A DNA stretch of 64,000 nt from Escherichia phage vB_EcoM_FJ1: sequence record MZ170040.1; one strand, written 5' to 3'. Numbering within the stretch: position 1 is the first letter of the stretch; the number at the start of each line of letters is the position of its first letter. Below the pieces are notes generated by a model. That model saw only the letters and a program-made list of their open reading frames with translations. It was not told the origin of the DNA and did no database searches. The translations under genes and the position numbers were made by a program. Shown here piece by piece: positions 33,484-45,019 of this stretch.

Positions 33484-33491
33484 TATAAATA
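33484..33491 (+). promoter_or_regulatory. late promoter TATAAATA for gene 34
   Basis: Plus-strand TATAAATA about 35 nt upstream of gene 34 ATG. Confidence 0.7.
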
Positions 33492-33525
33492 CTTATTATT
33501 GAAAACACAATAGGAGCCCGGGAGA

Positions 33526-36500
33526 ATGGCCGAGATTAAAAGAAAGTTCAGAGCAGAAGATGGTCTGGACGCAGGTGGCGATAAAATAATCAACGTAGCT
33601 TTAGCTGATCGTACCGTAGGAACTGACGGTGTTAACGTTGATTACTTAATTCAAGAAAACACAGTTCAACAATACGATCCAACTCGTGGATATTTAAAAG
33701 ATTTTGTAATCATTTATGATAACCGCTTTTGGGCTGCTATAAATGATATTCCAAAACCGGCAGGAGCTTTTAATAGCGGACGCTGGAGAGCATTACGTAC
33801 CGATGCTAACTGGATTACAGTCTCATCTGGTTCATATCAATTAAAATCGGGTGAAGCAATTTCGGTTAACACCGCAGCTGGAAATGACATCACGTTTACT
33901 TTACCATCTTCTCCAATTGATGGTGATACTATCGTTCTCCAAGATATTGGAGGAAAACCTGGAGTTAACCAAGTTTTAATTGTAGCTCCAGTGCAAAGTA
34001 TTGTAAACTTTAGAGGTGAACAGGTACGTTCAGTACTAATGACTCATCCAAAGTCACAGCTAGTTTTAATTTTTAGTAATCGTCTGTGGCAAATGTATGT
34101 TGCTGATTATAGTAGAGAAGCTATAGTTGTAACACCAGCGAATACTTATCAAGCGCAATCCAACGATTTTATCGTGCGTAGATTTACTTCTGCTGCACCA
34201 ATTAATGTTAAACTTCCAAGATTTGCTAATCATGGCGATATTATTAATTTCGTCGATTTAGATAAACTGAATCCACTTTATCATACAATTGTTACTACAT
34301 ACGATGAAACGACTTCAGTACAAGAAGTTGGAACTCATTCCATTGAAGGCCGTACATCGATTGACGGTTTCTTGATGTTTGATGATAATGAGAAATTGTG
34401 GAGATTGTTTGACGGGGATAGTAAAGCACGTTTACGTATCATAACAACTAATTCAAACATTCGTCCAAATGAAGAAGTTATGGTATTTGGTGCGAATAAT
34501 GGAACAACTCAGACAATTGAGCTTAAGCTTCCAACTAATATTTCTGTTGGTGATACTGTTAAAATTTCCATGAATTACATGAGAAAAGGACAAACAGTTA
34601 AAATCAAAGCTGCTGATGAAGATAAAATTGCTTCTTCAGTTCAATTGCTGCAATTCCCAAAACGTTCAGAGTATCCACCTGAAGCTGAATGGGTGACTGT
34701 TCAAGAATTAATTTTTAACGGTGAAACTAATTATGTTCCAGTTTTGGAGCTTGCTTACATAGAAGATTCTGATGGAAAATACTGGGTTGTACAGCAAAAT
34801 GTTCCAACTGTAGAAAGAGTTGATTCTTTAAATGATTCTACTAGAGCGAGATTAGGCGTAATTGCTTTAGCTACACAAGCGCAAGCTAATGCCGATTTAG
34901 AAAATTCTCCACAAAAAGAATTAGCAATTACTCCAGAAACGTTAGCTAATCGTACTGCTACTGAAACTCGTAGAGGTATTGCAAGAATAGCAACTACTGC
35001 TCAAGTGAATCAGAACACCACATTCTCTTTTGCAGATGACCTTATCATTACTCCTAAAAAGCTGAATGAAAGAACTGCTACAGAAACTCGTAGAGGTGTT
35101 GCTGAAATTGCTACGCAGCAAGAAACTAATGCAGGTACTGATGATACTACAATCATTACTCCTAAAAAGCTTCAAGCTCGTCAAGGTTCTGAGTCATTAT
35201 CTGGTATTGTAACCTTTGTATCTACCGCAGGAGCTACTCCAGCTTCTAGTCGTGAATTAAATGGTACAAACGTTTATAATAAAAACACTAATAATTTAGT
35301 TGTTTCGCCTAAAGCTCTGGATCAGTATAAAGCTACTCCAACGCAACAAGGTGCAGTAATTTTAGCAGTTGAAAGTGAAGTAATTGCTGGGCAGAGTCAA
35401 GAAGGATGGGCAAATGCGGTTGTAACGCCAGAAACGTTACATAAAAAGACATCAACTGATGCAAGAATTGGTTTAATTGAAATTGCTACGCAAAGTGAAG
35501 TTAATACAGGAACTGATTATACTCGTGCAGTCACTCCTAAAACTTTAAATGACCGTAAAGCAACTGAAAGTTTAAGTGGTATAGCTGAAATTGCTACACA
35601 AGTTGAATTCGACGCAGGCGTCGACGATACTCGTATCTCTACACCATTAAAAATTAAAACTAGATTTAATAGTACTGATCGTACTTCTGTTGTTGCTCTA
35701 TCTGGATTAGTTGAATCAGGAACTCTCTGGGACCATTATACCCTTAATATTCTTGAAGCAAATGAGACACAGCGTGGTACACTTCGTGTAGCTACACAGG
35801 TTGAAGCTGCTGCAGGAACATTAGATAATGTTTTAATAACTCCTAAAAAGCTTTTAGGTACTAAATCTACCGAATCGCAGGAAGGTGTTATTAAAGTTGC
35901 AACTCAGTCTGAAACTGTGACTGGAACGTCAGCAAATACTGCTGTATCTCCAAAAAATTTAAAATGGATTGTGCAGAGTGAACCTACTTGGGCAGCTACT
36001 ACTGCGATAAGAGGCTTTGTTAAAACTTCATCTGGTTCAATTACATTCGTTGGTAATGATACAGCTGGTTCTACGCAGGACTTAGAGCTATACGAGAAAA
36101 ATAGCTATGCAGTATCACCATACGAATTAAACCGTGTACTCGCTAACTATTTGCCATTAAAAGCAAAAGCTGCTGACGCAAATTTATTAGATGGCCTAGA
36201 TTCATCTCAGTTCATTCGTAGGGACATTGCACAGACGGTTAATGGTTCACTAACCTTAACCCAGCAAACGAATCTGAGTGCCCCTCTTGTATCATCTAGT
36301 ACTGCTACGTTTGGTGGATCAGTTTCGGCAAATAGTACATTAACTATTTCTAATACTGGAACGGCAACTCGTCTGATTTTTGAGAAAGGACCTCAAACTG
36401 GAACTAACCCAGCACAGACGATGACTATCAGAGTTTGGGGAAATCAGTTTGGCGGCGGTTCAGATACAACACGTTCTACTGTATTTGAAGTTGGTGATGA

Positions 36501-37395
36501 AACATCTAATCACTTTTATTCTCAACGTAATAAAGCTGGGAATATAACGTTTAGTATCAATGGTACTATGATGCCAATAAATGTTAATGCTTCGGGTTCT
36601 TTGAATGCGAACGGCGTTGCAACATTTGGTAGTTCAGTTACAGCCAATGGCGAATTCATCAGCAAGTCTGCAAATGCTTTCAGAGCAATAAATGGCGACT
36701 ATGGATTCTTTATTCGCAATGATGCTGCTAACACCTATTTTATGCTTACTGCATCGGGTGATCAGACTGGCGGATTTAATGGATTACGTCCTTTAGCTAT
36801 TAACAATCAGTCCGGTCAAGTAACGATTGGTGAAAGCTTAATCATTGCCAAAGGTGCTACTATAAATTCAGGTGGTTTAACTGTTAACTCGAGAATTCGT
36901 TCTCAGGGCACTAAAACTTCTGACTTATATACCCGTGCGCCAACATCTGATACTGTAGGATTCTGGTCAATCGATATTAATGATTCAGCTACTTATAACC
37001 AATTCCCGGGTTATTTTAAAATGGTTGAAAAAACTAATGAAGTGACTGGACTTCCATACTTAGAACGTGGCGAAGAAGTTAAATCTCCTGGTACATTGAC
37101 TCAGTTTGGTAACACACTTGATTCGCTTTACCAAGATTGGATTACTTATCCAACGACGCCAGAAGCGCGTACCACTCGCTGGACACGTACCTGGCAGAAA
37201 ACCAAAAACTCTTGGTCAAGTTTTGTTCAGGTATTTGATGGAGGTAACCCTCCTCAACCATCTGATATCGGTGCTTTACCATCTGATAATGCTACAATGG
37301 GCAATCTTACTATTCGTGATTTCTTGCGAATTGGTAATGTTCGCATTATTCCTGACCCAGTGAATAAAACGGTTAAATTTGAATGGGTTGAATAA
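33526..37395 (+). CDS. 34: long tail fibre proximal subunit gp34
   Basis: 1289 aa as T4 gp34; internal repeats; conserved MAEIKR N-terminus. Confidence 0.95.
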   Translation: MAEIKRKFRAEDGLDAGGDKIINVALADRTVGTDGVNVDYLIQENTVQQYDPTRGYLKDFVIIYDNRFWAAINDIPKPAGAFNSGRWRALRTDANWITVSSGSYQLKSGEAISVNTAAGNDITFTLPSSPIDGDTIVLQDIGGKPGVNQVLIVAPVQSIVNFRGEQVRSVLMTHPKSQLVLIFSNRLWQMYVADYSREAIVVTPANTYQAQSNDFIVRRFTSAAPINVKLPRFANHGDIINFVDLDKLNPLYHTIVTTYDETTSVQEVGTHSIEGRTSIDGFLMFDDNEKLWRLFDGDSKARLRIITTNSNIRPNEEVMVFGANNGTTQTIELKLPTNISVGDTVKISMNYMRKGQTVKIKAADEDKIASSVQLLQFPKRSEYPPEAEWVTVQELIFNGETNYVPVLELAYIEDSDGKYWVVQQNVPTVERVDSLNDSTRARLGVIALATQAQANADLENSPQKELAITPETLANRTATETRRGIARIATTAQVNQNTTFSFADDLIITPKKLNERTATETRRGVAEIATQQETNAGTDDTTIITPKKLQARQGSESLSGIVTFVSTAGATPASSRELNGTNVYNKNTNNLVVSPKALDQYKATPTQQGAVILAVESEVIAGQSQEGWANAVVTPETLHKKTSTDARIGLIEIATQSEVNTGTDYTRAVTPKTLNDRKATESLSGIAEIATQVEFDAGVDDTRISTPLKIKTRFNSTDRTSVVALSGLVESGTLWDHYTLNILEANETQRGTLRVATQVEAAAGTLDNVLITPKKLLGTKSTESQEGVIKVATQSETVTGTSANTAVSPKNLKWIVQSEPTWAATTAIRGFVKTSSGSITFVGNDTAGSTQDLELYEKNSYAVSPYELNRVLANYLPLKAKAADANLLDGLDSSQFIRRDIAQTVNGSLTLTQQTNLSAPLVSSSTATFGGSVSANSTLTISNTGTATRLIFEKGPQTGTNPAQTMTIRVWGNQFGGGSDTTRSTVFEVGDETSNHFYSQRNKAGNITFSINGTMMPINVNASGSLNANGVATFGSSVTANGEFISKSANAFRAINGDYGFFIRNDAANTYFMLTASGDQTGGFNGLRPLAINNQSGQVTIGESLIIAKGATINSGGLTVNSRIRSQGTKTSDLYTRAPTSDTVGFWSIDINDSATYNQFPGYFKMVEKTNEVTGLPYLERGEEVKSPGTLTQFGNTLDSLYQDWITYPTTPEARTTRWTRTWQKTKNSWSSFVQVFDGGNPPQPSDIGALPSDNATMGNLTIRDFLRIGNVRIIPDPVNKTVKFEWVE

Positions 37396-37403
37396 GAGGT
37401 ATT

Positions 37404-38519
37404 ATGGAAAAATTTATGGCAGAGTTTGGACAAGGATATGTCCAAACGCCATTTTTATCGGAAAGCAATTCAGTAAGATACAAAATAAGTATAGCGGGTT
37501 CTTGCCCGCTTTCTACTGCAGGACCATACGTTAAATTTCAGGATAATCCTGTAGGAAGTCAAACATTTAGCGCAGGACTTCATTTAAGAGTTTTTGACCC
37601 TTCCACCGGAGCATTAGTTGATAGTAAGTCATATGCTTTTTCGACTTCAAATGATACTACATCAGCTGCTTTTGTTAGCTTCATGAATTCTTTGACAAAT
37701 AATAGAATTGTTGCTATATTAACTAACGGAAAGGTTAATTTTCCTCCTGAAGTAGTATCTTGGCTAAGAACTGCAGGAACGTCTGCTTTTCCATCTGATT
37801 CTATATTGTCAAGATTCGACGTATCATATGCTGCTTTTTATACTTCTTCTAAAAGAGCTATCGCATTAGAGCATGTTAAATTAAGTAATAGAAAAAGCAC
37901 AGATGATTATCAAACTATTTTAGATGTTGTATTTGACAGTTTAGAAGACGTCGGAGCTACCGGGTTTCCAAGAAGAACGTATGAAAGCGTTGAGCAATTT
38001 ATGTCAGCGGTTGGTGGAACTAATAACGAAATTGCGCGTCTACCAACTTCGGCTGCAATAAGTAAACTCTCTGATTATAATTTAATTCCTGGTGATGTTC
38101 TTTATCTTAAAACACAGCTATACGCCGATGCTGATTTACTTGCTCTTGGAACTACAAATATATCTATCCGTTTTTATAATGCATCAAATGGATATATTTC
38201 CTCGACACAAGCTGAATTTACTGGGCAAGCTGGGTCATGGGAATTAAAGGAAGATTATGTAGTTGTTCCAGAAAACGCAGTAGGATTTACGATATACGCA
38301 CAGAGAACTGCACAAGCAGGTCAAGGTGGCATGAGAAATTTAAGCTTTTCTGAAGTGTCAAGAAATGGTGGTATTTCGAAACCTGCTGAATTTGGTGTCA
38401 ATGGTATTCGTGTTAATTATATCTGTGAATCTGCTTCACCTCCGGATATAATGGTACTTCCTACGCAAGCATCGTCTAAAGCTGGTAAAGTGTTTGGACA
38501 AGAATTTAGAGAAGTTTAA
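37404..38519 (+). CDS. 35: long tail fibre hinge connector gp35
   Basis: 371 aa; synteny. Confidence 0.9.
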   Translation: MEKFMAEFGQGYVQTPFLSESNSVRYKISIAGSCPLSTAGPYVKFQDNPVGSQTFSAGLHLRVFDPSTGALVDSKSYAFSTSNDTTSAAFVSFMNSLTNNRIVAILTNGKVNFPPEVVSWLRTAGTSAFPSDSILSRFDVSYAAFYTSSKRAIALEHVKLSNRKSTDDYQTILDVVFDSLEDVGATGFPRRTYESVEQFMSAVGGTNNEIARLPTSAAISKLSDYNLIPGDVLYLKTQLYADADLLALGTTNISIRFYNASNGYISSTQAEFTGQAGSWELKEDYVVVPENAVGFTIYAQRTAQAGQGGMRNLSFSEVSRNGGISKPAEFGVNGIRVNYICESASPPDIMVLPTQASSKAGKVFGQEFREV

Positions 38520-38524
38520 ATTGA

Positions 38525-38548
38525 GGGAGCCTTCGGGTTCCCTTTTTC
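38525..38548 (+). terminator. hairpin with UUCG tetraloop and T-run after gene 35
   Basis: GGGAGCC-TTCG-GGTTCCC then TTTTTC. Confidence 0.6.
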
Positions 38549-38550
38549 TT

Positions 38551-38558
38551 TATAAATA
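38551..38558 (+). promoter_or_regulatory. late promoter TATAAATA for gene 36
   Basis: TATAAATA about 24 nt upstream of gene 36 ATG. Confidence 0.75.
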
Positions 38559-38581
38559 CTATTAAAATAAAGGGGCATACA

Positions 38582-39244
38582 ATGGCTGATTTAAAAGTAG
38601 GTTCAACAACCGGAGGCTCTGTCATTTGGCATCAAGGAAATTTTCCATTGAATCCAGCCGGTGACGATGTACTCTATAAATCATTTAAAATATATTCAGA
38701 ATATAATAAACCACAAGCTGCTGATAACGATTTCGTTTCTAAAGCTAATGGTGGTACTTACGCCGCGACTGTTCGATTTAATGGAGGAGTACATGTTCCT
38801 ACTATAGGTAGTAGTCAACCGTGCGGTGTTTATCCAGGTAACGGTGATGCAGCTACTTTTGCTATGGCAAATATTGACATCGTTTCGTGGAATGGTATTG
38901 GTTTTAAATCATCACAAGGTTCAGCAGACCGAACTGTTGTTATTAACGCTCGTACCGGTGATATCAGCACTAAGGGCGGTTTTTATGCAACTGGTCCTGT
39001 CCGTTCTAACGCTGCTGCTCCTATAGCAGCGAATGACCTTACTAGAAAGGACTATGTTGATGGAGCAATAAATACTGTTACGGCAAATGCGAACTCTAGA
39101 GTGTTACGATCTGGTGACACCATGACAGGTAATTTAACCGCACCAAACTTTTTCTCGCAGAATCCTGCATCTCAACCTTCACATGTTCCACGATTTGACC
39201 AAATCGTAATTAAGGATTCTGTTCAAGATTTCGGCTATTATTAA
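38582..39244 (+). CDS. 36: long tail fibre distal connector gp36
   Basis: 220 aa; synteny. Confidence 0.9.
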   Translation: MADLKVGSTTGGSVIWHQGNFPLNPAGDDVLYKSFKIYSEYNKPQAADNDFVSKANGGTYAATVRFNGGVHVPTIGSSQPCGVYPGNGDAATFAMANIDIVSWNGIGFKSSQGSADRTVVINARTGDISTKGGFYATGPVRSNAAAPIAANDLTRKDYVDGAINTVTANANSRVLRSGDTMTGNLTAPNFFSQNPASQPSHVPRFDQIVIKDSVQDFGYY

Positions 39245-39252
39245 GAGGACTT

Positions 39253-42200
39253 ATGGCTACTTTAAAACAAATACAATTTAAAAGAAGCAAAACCGCAGGT
39301 GCACGTCCTGCTGCTTCAGTATTAGCCGAAGGTGAATTGGCTATAAACTTAAAAGATAGAACAATTTTTACTAAAGACGATTCAGGAACTATCATTGATC
39401 TAGGTATTGCTAAAGGCGGTCAAATTGATGGAAATGTGACTATCAATGGTCTTTTAAGATTAAATGGGGATTATACACAAACTGGTGGAATGACCGTAAA
39501 TGGACCTATTGGTTCTACTGAAGGCGTATCCGCCTTAGTTTTTAGATCTATGCGAGGGTCATTTTACGCAAGAGCAACAAATGATACTTCCAATGCCCAT
39601 CTTTGGTTTGAAAATACAGATGGATCGGAGAGAGGTGTTTTATATTCAAAACCACAGTCTGAAAATGAAGGCGTAATTACAATGCGTGTTCGCCAAGGAA
39701 CCGCAGCAGGGGCTCAAAATTCAGAATTTCATTTCATTTCGACTGATGGTGGTATTTTCCAGGCACGTAAATTAACTGCTTTAACTTCTATTAGTACACC
39801 AACTATTAGTGTTAATTTAATTAATCATGATTCTAAAGCCTTTGGGCAATACGATTCACAATCATTGGTTCAGTATGTTTATCCTGGAACCGGTGAAACT
39901 AACGGAGTAAACTATCTTCGTAAAGTTCGTGCTAAATCTGGCGGCACTATATGGCATGAAATCTGTACAGCTCAGACTGGACAAGCTGATGAAATGTCAT
40001 GGTGGACTGGTAAAACACCATTATTTAAACTATACGGTATTCGTAACGACGGTAGAATGATTATCCGCAATAGCTTGGCCATTGGTACTGTGACTGAAGG
40101 ATACCCGTCAAGCGATTATGGAAATACCGGGGTAATGGGAGATAGGTATTTAGCTCTTGGCGATAATGCTTCTGGACTTAAATGGGTTCGTACTGGCGTT
40201 ATTGACTTAATGGCTAACGGTATTTCTGCGGCGACTATTATTAATAATGGTATTAATAGTACTAAAAAATTGATGGTCGGTTATAGCCGCGATTCTGGTA
40301 CTACATGGGATTTTCCAAATAACAACCAAGCAATGTTTACTGCGCGTACCGATATTGATGGTAATAATAACGGTGATGGGCAAACTCATATCGGTTATAA
40401 CAGTAATTCTAAAATGCATCACTATTTCCGTGGTACAGGTCGTATGGCTGTTGGTATGTCCCAAGGTCTCCTTGTTGAACCAGGAATTTTAGATATTAAC
40501 ACTGGTTCTAATAGAGTTGCTATTAGAGCAGATGGTACATTTGACTCAACCCGACGTATTTCAATGCGTACTGGATTATTTTTATCAGGTGATGATAATA
40601 CCAATGCTTTGTCATTTAAAGCTCCTACCGGTGTTGACGGAACCAAAACCATTAACTGGGATGCAGGCACTCGTAACGGACAGAATAAAAATACTGTTTC
40701 AATTAAAGCATGGGGTAATGCCTTTAACTCAGTTCCCGGTATTAGAGAAACTGTATTTGAAGTATATGATTCACAAGGTTATTATTTTTATTCACAACGC
40801 CAGCGCCCAGAAGGTTCTGAAACTGTTGGGCCCGTTGTAACCCAGTTCAATGGACCAGTTAATGCTAACGGCTCTATTAGCACTGCAGGAAATCTTAAAG
40901 TTGATGGTTTAAGCACTTTAAACGGTAATGTTACAATGAAGAACGGCTTGTTTTTACAAGGTGGTTCTTCTATTACCGGCCAAGTTAAAATCGGCGGAAC
41001 AACAAATGCATTGAGAATTTGGAACGCCGAATACGGTGCTATTTTCCGCCGTTCGGAAAGTAATCTTTATATTATTCCAACCAATCAAAATGAAGGCGAA
41101 AGTGGAGACATTCACAGCTCTTTGAGACCTGTGAGAATAGGATTAAACGATGGCATGGTTGGGTTAGGAAGAGATTCTTTTATAGTAGATCAAAATAATG
41201 CTTTAACTACTATAAACAGTAACTCTCGCATTAATGCCAACTTTAGAATGCAATTAGGACAAAATGCTTATATAGACATTGAGGCTTCTGATGGAGTTCG
41301 CCCAACAGGTTGTGGTTCCTTTGCATCTCAGAATGACGTAAACGTCAGAGCTCCAATTTATATGAATATAGAGCGTACTGCTACTTCTGAATACATTCCT
41401 ATTGTTAAACAACGGTATGTAAAGGGCGATAGTACTTATTCTATTGGTACCTTGATTTCTCAGGGAGACTTTCGCGTTCATTATCACCAGGGAACTAGCA
41501 CCAATGGCGTAGATTTGAGTTGGGAATTCCGTCGCACAGGCGATTTCCGCGCGGCAGGTAAAATTATTGCCGGTGCTGCTACTCTTGGCACTGATGGTAA
41601 TATCACGGGCGGTTCAGGAAACTTTGCTAACTTGAATACAACTTTAAACCGTAAAGTGAATTCTGGTTTTATTACTTATGGAGCAACTGCAGGTTGGTAC
41701 AAGTTTGCAACAGTAACAATGCCTCAAGCTACATCAACCGTTTCAATTACAGTCACTGGCGGAAATGGATTTAATTCTGGATCATTTAATCAGTGCGCAA
41801 TTTCTGAAATTGTTCTTCGTACAGGAAACAATACTCCTAAAGGATTAAATGCTGTTCTATATAGAAGAGGACTAAATTCATTTAGAGATATTGCTTGGGT
41901 TAATACATCTGGTGATACATATGACATTTATGTTAATATGGGAACATATGCTAATCAGTTGATATTTAACTATAGTTCTGTTGATAACGCTACAGTTCAA
42001 ATTATTGGCGCATTCAGTTCAGCCCAAAATCCTGTTGATGCATTGCCAGAAACATATATTAAAGGTCAGGTAGCAGATGTATTGACTAACTTAGTTGATT
42101 CTGGAAAAACGAAGCGTTTTGTTGCTGAATCTGAAATAGCTGTTAATAATCAAACTGGATTACGTATTACGAGTAATGGTGATAAATCTGGTTCAAATTC

Positions 42201-43209
42201 AGTATTATTTAGAAATGACGGTGGAAGCTTCTATATTTTACTGACCGACAAAAACTCTTCAGACGGCGATAATAAAGCAACTGAAGGTGATTGGAATGGA
42301 AAACGACCGTTTTCAATTGATATGACTGCTGGTACTGTTCGTCTTGGCGAAAATACTTCTTTTGATAAAGATATTGTTATTAATGGAAACATTAATTCAC
42401 GAGTTAAAGTTGCTGGACAGTGGAACGTCAGCTTTTCTTCTATTTCAGATGTGACTCGCGACAATTCTGCATTCTTAGCGAATACTGGTGGCATTTCCAA
42501 GACAAGTCAAGCTTATTACCCGCTATTTTCTGGATACAGTTTTTTAACTGACGCAGGTTATCGCCAATCGTTTGAATTTGGATGGTTAGGTGTTTCTGGT
42601 ACTTGGCGTCAAGGCATTATTCGCATGCGTGGTAACAACCCATCGGGGCAACAGGCTCGTTGGACTTTTGATATGGACGGAACATTTTATGCTCCTATAC
42701 TATCATGTGGGTCTGCGAGAGCATTCGGTGTCAATACAACAAATGGATGGGGTGGTAACTCAATTGCGATAGGTGATAGTGATACTGGTTTTAGACAAGT
42801 AGGCGATGGGCTTTTAGAAACATGGGCAAACAACGTTAAGGTCGTTCGTTATACTTCAAGTGAAGTTTATTCCGAGAAAAACGTCAACGCTCCTAACGTT
42901 TATATTCGTTCTGATATTCGTTTGAAATCTAATTTCAAGCCTATTGAAAACGCGCTCGAAAAGGTTGAACAACTTGATGGTTTAATCTATGACAAAGCTG
43001 AATATATAGGCGGTGAACCTGTCCAAACAGAAGCGGGTATTATAGCTCAAACGTTGCAAGACGTTTTACCAGAAGCTGTCCATGAAACAGAAGACAGTAA
43101 GGGTAATAAAATACTCACTGTTTCTTCTCAAGCCCAGATTGCTCTTCTGGTTGAAGCTGTGAAAACACTTTCTGCTCGTGTAAAAGAACTTGAATCTAAA
43201 CTTATGTAA
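39253..43209 (+). CDS. 37: long tail fibre distal subunit gp37 (T2-type, with C-terminal intramolecular chaperone-like domain)
   Basis: 1318 aa; conserved N-terminus [13 protein letters not shown]; C-terminal SDIRLK...GIIAQ...LPEAV motif. Confidence 0.9.
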   Translation: MATLKQIQFKRSKTAGARPAASVLAEGELAINLKDRTIFTKDDSGTIIDLGIAKGGQIDGNVTINGLLRLNGDYTQTGGMTVNGPIGSTEGVSALVFRSMRGSFYARATNDTSNAHLWFENTDGSERGVLYSKPQSENEGVITMRVRQGTAAGAQNSEFHFISTDGGIFQARKLTALTSISTPTISVNLINHDSKAFGQYDSQSLVQYVYPGTGETNGVNYLRKVRAKSGGTIWHEICTAQTGQADEMSWWTGKTPLFKLYGIRNDGRMIIRNSLAIGTVTEGYPSSDYGNTGVMGDRYLALGDNASGLKWVRTGVIDLMANGISAATIINNGINSTKKLMVGYSRDSGTTWDFPNNNQAMFTARTDIDGNNNGDGQTHIGYNSNSKMHHYFRGTGRMAVGMSQGLLVEPGILDINTGSNRVAIRADGTFDSTRRISMRTGLFLSGDDNTNALSFKAPTGVDGTKTINWDAGTRNGQNKNTVSIKAWGNAFNSVPGIRETVFEVYDSQGYYFYSQRQRPEGSETVGPVVTQFNGPVNANGSISTAGNLKVDGLSTLNGNVTMKNGLFLQGGSSITGQVKIGGTTNALRIWNAEYGAIFRRSESNLYIIPTNQNEGESGDIHSSLRPVRIGLNDGMVGLGRDSFIVDQNNALTTINSNSRINANFRMQLGQNAYIDIEASDGVRPTGCGSFASQNDVNVRAPIYMNIERTATSEYIPIVKQRYVKGDSTYSIGTLISQGDFRVHYHQGTSTNGVDLSWEFRRTGDFRAAGKIIAGAATLGTDGNITGGSGNFANLNTTLNRKVNSGFITYGATAGWYKFATVTMPQATSTVSITVTGGNGFNSGSFNQCAISEIVLRTGNNTPKGLNAVLYRRGLNSFRDIAWVNTSGDTYDIYVNMGTYANQLIFNYSSVDNATVQIIGAFSSAQNPVDALPETYIKGQVADVLTNLVDSGKTKRFVAESEIAVNNQTGLRITSNGDKSGSNSVLFRNDGGSFYILLTDKNSSDGDNKATEGDWNGKRPFSIDMTAGTVRLGENTSFDKDIVINGNINSRVKVAGQWNVSFSSISDVTRDNSAFLANTGGISKTSQAYYPLFSGYSFLTDAGYRQSFEFGWLGVSGTWRQGIIRMRGNNPSGQQARWTFDMDGTFYAPILSCGSARAFGVNTTNGWGGNSIAIGDSDTGFRQVGDGLLETWANNVKVVRYTSSEVYSEKNVNAPNVYIRSDIRLKSNFKPIENALEKVEQLDGLIYDKAEYIGGEPVQTEAGIIAQTLQDVLPEAVHETEDSKGNKILTVSSQAQIALLVEAVKTLSARVKELESKLM

Positions 43210-43210
43210 A

Positions 43211-43228
43211 AGAGGGCTTCGGCCCTCT
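43211..43228 (+). other. intergenic RNA hairpin between genes 37 and 38
   Basis: AGAGGGC-TTCG-GCCCTCT stem-loop. Confidence 0.5.
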
Positions 43229-43239
43229 AAGGATTTTTA

Positions 43240-44046
43240 ATGGCAATTGTAGGTGTTCCTGGCTGGATTGGCGAATCTGCCGTGAATGAAACTGGACAAC
43301 GTTGGATGGATGCTGCGATGAGAGCAGTTCGTGTTTCAGTTCCCGGTTGGATGAGTTCAATGGCAGGAAAGTCAGTTGAAAAAGCTTATTCAATTGGCTC
43401 AAATCATTCATATAATAAAGATACTTTAATTAATTGGCTTAAATCAATTGGAACAGCTCCTGCTGTTGTAACAATAACAGGAGATATTGTTTCTAGTTCT
43501 TCAACTATTCCGTGCTTAGATTTTCCTAGTTCATTAACTAATGAATATGTGACATTGATTATTAACTCTGGCGTTACTGTTTATGGCCGAGGAGGTAATG
43601 GATCTGGATCTAGTGGAGGTTCTGGAGATGCTTTAGTTCGAGCAACTGCTGGTGGTACAGCGATTAATAATGGTATTGGTACACGCTTACGTATTACGAA
43701 TAATGGCGCAATTGCTGGCGGCGGTGGTGGCGGCGGTGGTTGGTCCGTAGATTATAACTTCACATTAGGTAATGTTGCTGGTGGTGGAGGCGGACGTCCT
43801 TTCGGTACTGGTGGTCGAGGTGGTCGAGGTAATGGTGGTAATGCATCGTTAACCGCCGCAGGTGGTAAAGTAACTGTTGATGGTAATAACATGAGTGGTG
43901 CGGGTGGTAATGTTGGCTCAGCTGGTGGCGCTGCTGTTCGTACATCAAACTTTCAAACTAGTGGCGCTGGCGCTGCGGGTAAAGCTGTTACCGGAAATGC
44001 CCCAACATGGACTAAGGTTGGTACAATATACGGTTCAAGAGTATAA
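43240..44046 (+). CDS. 38: tail fibre tip adhesin gp38 (T2-type, glycine-rich motifs)
   Basis: 268 aa; conserved N-terminal region then poly-Gly blocks separating variable segments. Confidence 0.85.
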   Translation: MAIVGVPGWIGESAVNETGQRWMDAAMRAVRVSVPGWMSSMAGKSVEKAYSIGSNHSYNKDTLINWLKSIGTAPAVVTITGDIVSSSSTIPCLDFPSSLTNEYVTLIINSGVTVYGRGGNGSGSSGGSGDALVRATAGGTAINNGIGTRLRITNNGAIAGGGGGGGGWSVDYNFTLGNVAGGGGGRPFGTGGRGGRGNGGNASLTAAGGKVTVDGNNMSGAGGNVGSAGGAAVRTSNFQTSGAGAAGKAVTGNAPTWTKVGTIYGSRV

Positions 44047-44077
44047 TTTTGAATAAATATCCTTAAAAGGAGGGTCT

Positions 44078-44734
44078 ATGGCAGCACCTAGAATATCATT
44101 TTCGCCCTCTGATATTCTATTTGGTGTTCTAGATCGCTTGTTCAAAGATAACGCTACCGGGAAAGTTCTTGCTTCCCGGGTAGCTGTCGTAATTCTTTTA
44201 TTTATGATGGCGATTGTTTGGTATAGGGGAGATAGTTTCTTTGAGTACTATAAGCAATCAAAGTATGAAACATACAGTGAAATTATTGAAAAGGAAAGAA
44301 ATGCACGCTTTGAATCTGTCGCCCTGGAACAACTCCAGATAGTTCATATATCATCTGAGGCAGACTTTAGTGCGGTGTATTCTTTCCGCCCTAAAAACTT
44401 AAACTATTTTGTTGATATTATAGCATATGAAGGAAAATTACCTTCAACAATAAGTGAAAAATCACTTGGAGGATATCCTGTTGATAAAACTATGGATGAA
44501 TATGCAGTTCATTTAAATGGACGTCATTATTATTCCAACTCAAAATTTGCTTTTTTACCAACTAAAAAGCCTACTCCCGAAATAAACTACATGTACAGTT
44601 GTCCATATTTTAATTTGGATAATATCTATGCTGGAACGATAACCATGTACTGGTATAGAAATGATCATATAAGTAATGACCGCCTTGAATCAATATGTGC
44701 TCAGGCGGCCAGAATATTAGGAAGGGCTAAATAA
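44078..44734 (+). CDS. t: holin T
   Basis: 218 aa as T4 T; single N-terminal TM segment and large periplasmic domain. Confidence 0.9.
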   Translation: MAAPRISFSPSDILFGVLDRLFKDNATGKVLASRVAVVILLFMMAIVWYRGDSFFEYYKQSKYETYSEIIEKERNARFESVALEQLQIVHISSEADFSAVYSFRPKNLNYFVDIIAYEGKLPSTISEKSLGGYPVDKTMDEYAVHLNGRHYYSNSKFAFLPTKKPTPEINYMYSCPYFNLDNIYAGTITMYWYRNDHISNDRLESICAQAARILGRAK

Positions 44735-45007
44735 TTATTTGTTCGTATACATCTCTAGATATCGATATACACCCTCAAAACCCTCGTTGAATTCGTCGAT
44801 GAGGGTTTTCTTATCTTCTTGAGTTAATTCAGAAACAATTTTACGGAATGAATTCTGATTTAATTTTCTACCTTCATGCGTTACTCCAATCTCATTCAGA
44901 AATGCAATAAAATTAGCACGATTCTCAACAATATCTTCTCTGGAAAATTTAATCAAAATAGACGCAACAGTAATAATTTCACGAACTGTATCAATATTTT
45001 TATTCAT
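44735..45007 (-). CDS. asiA: anti-sigma-70 factor AsiA
   Basis: 90 aa as T4 AsiA. Confidence 0.9.
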   Translation of the reverse strand: MNKNIDTVREIITVASILIKFSREDIVENRANFIAFLNEIGVTHEGRKLNQNSFRKIVSELTQEDKKTLIDEFNEGFEGVYRYLEMYTNK

Positions 45008-45019
45008 TAACTATACCAC

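Noticed and set aside
33396-33593. 65-aa minus-strand ORF spanning the rnh/gene 34 promoter region
   Set aside because: It overlaps the gene 34 start and the divergent promoters, and its product is low-complexity
40207-40840. Several ORFs antisense to or out of frame within gene 37 (40207-40464, 40422-40670, 40517-40840)
   Set aside because: They are embedded in a long, well-supported structural gene with no independent start signals
43760-43948. His/Tyr/Gln-rich antisense ORF and an apparent short tandem repeat in gene 38
   Set aside because: Both are by-products of GGT/GGC-rich glycine codons on the coding strand; this is not a CRISPR array or a non-coding tandem repeat
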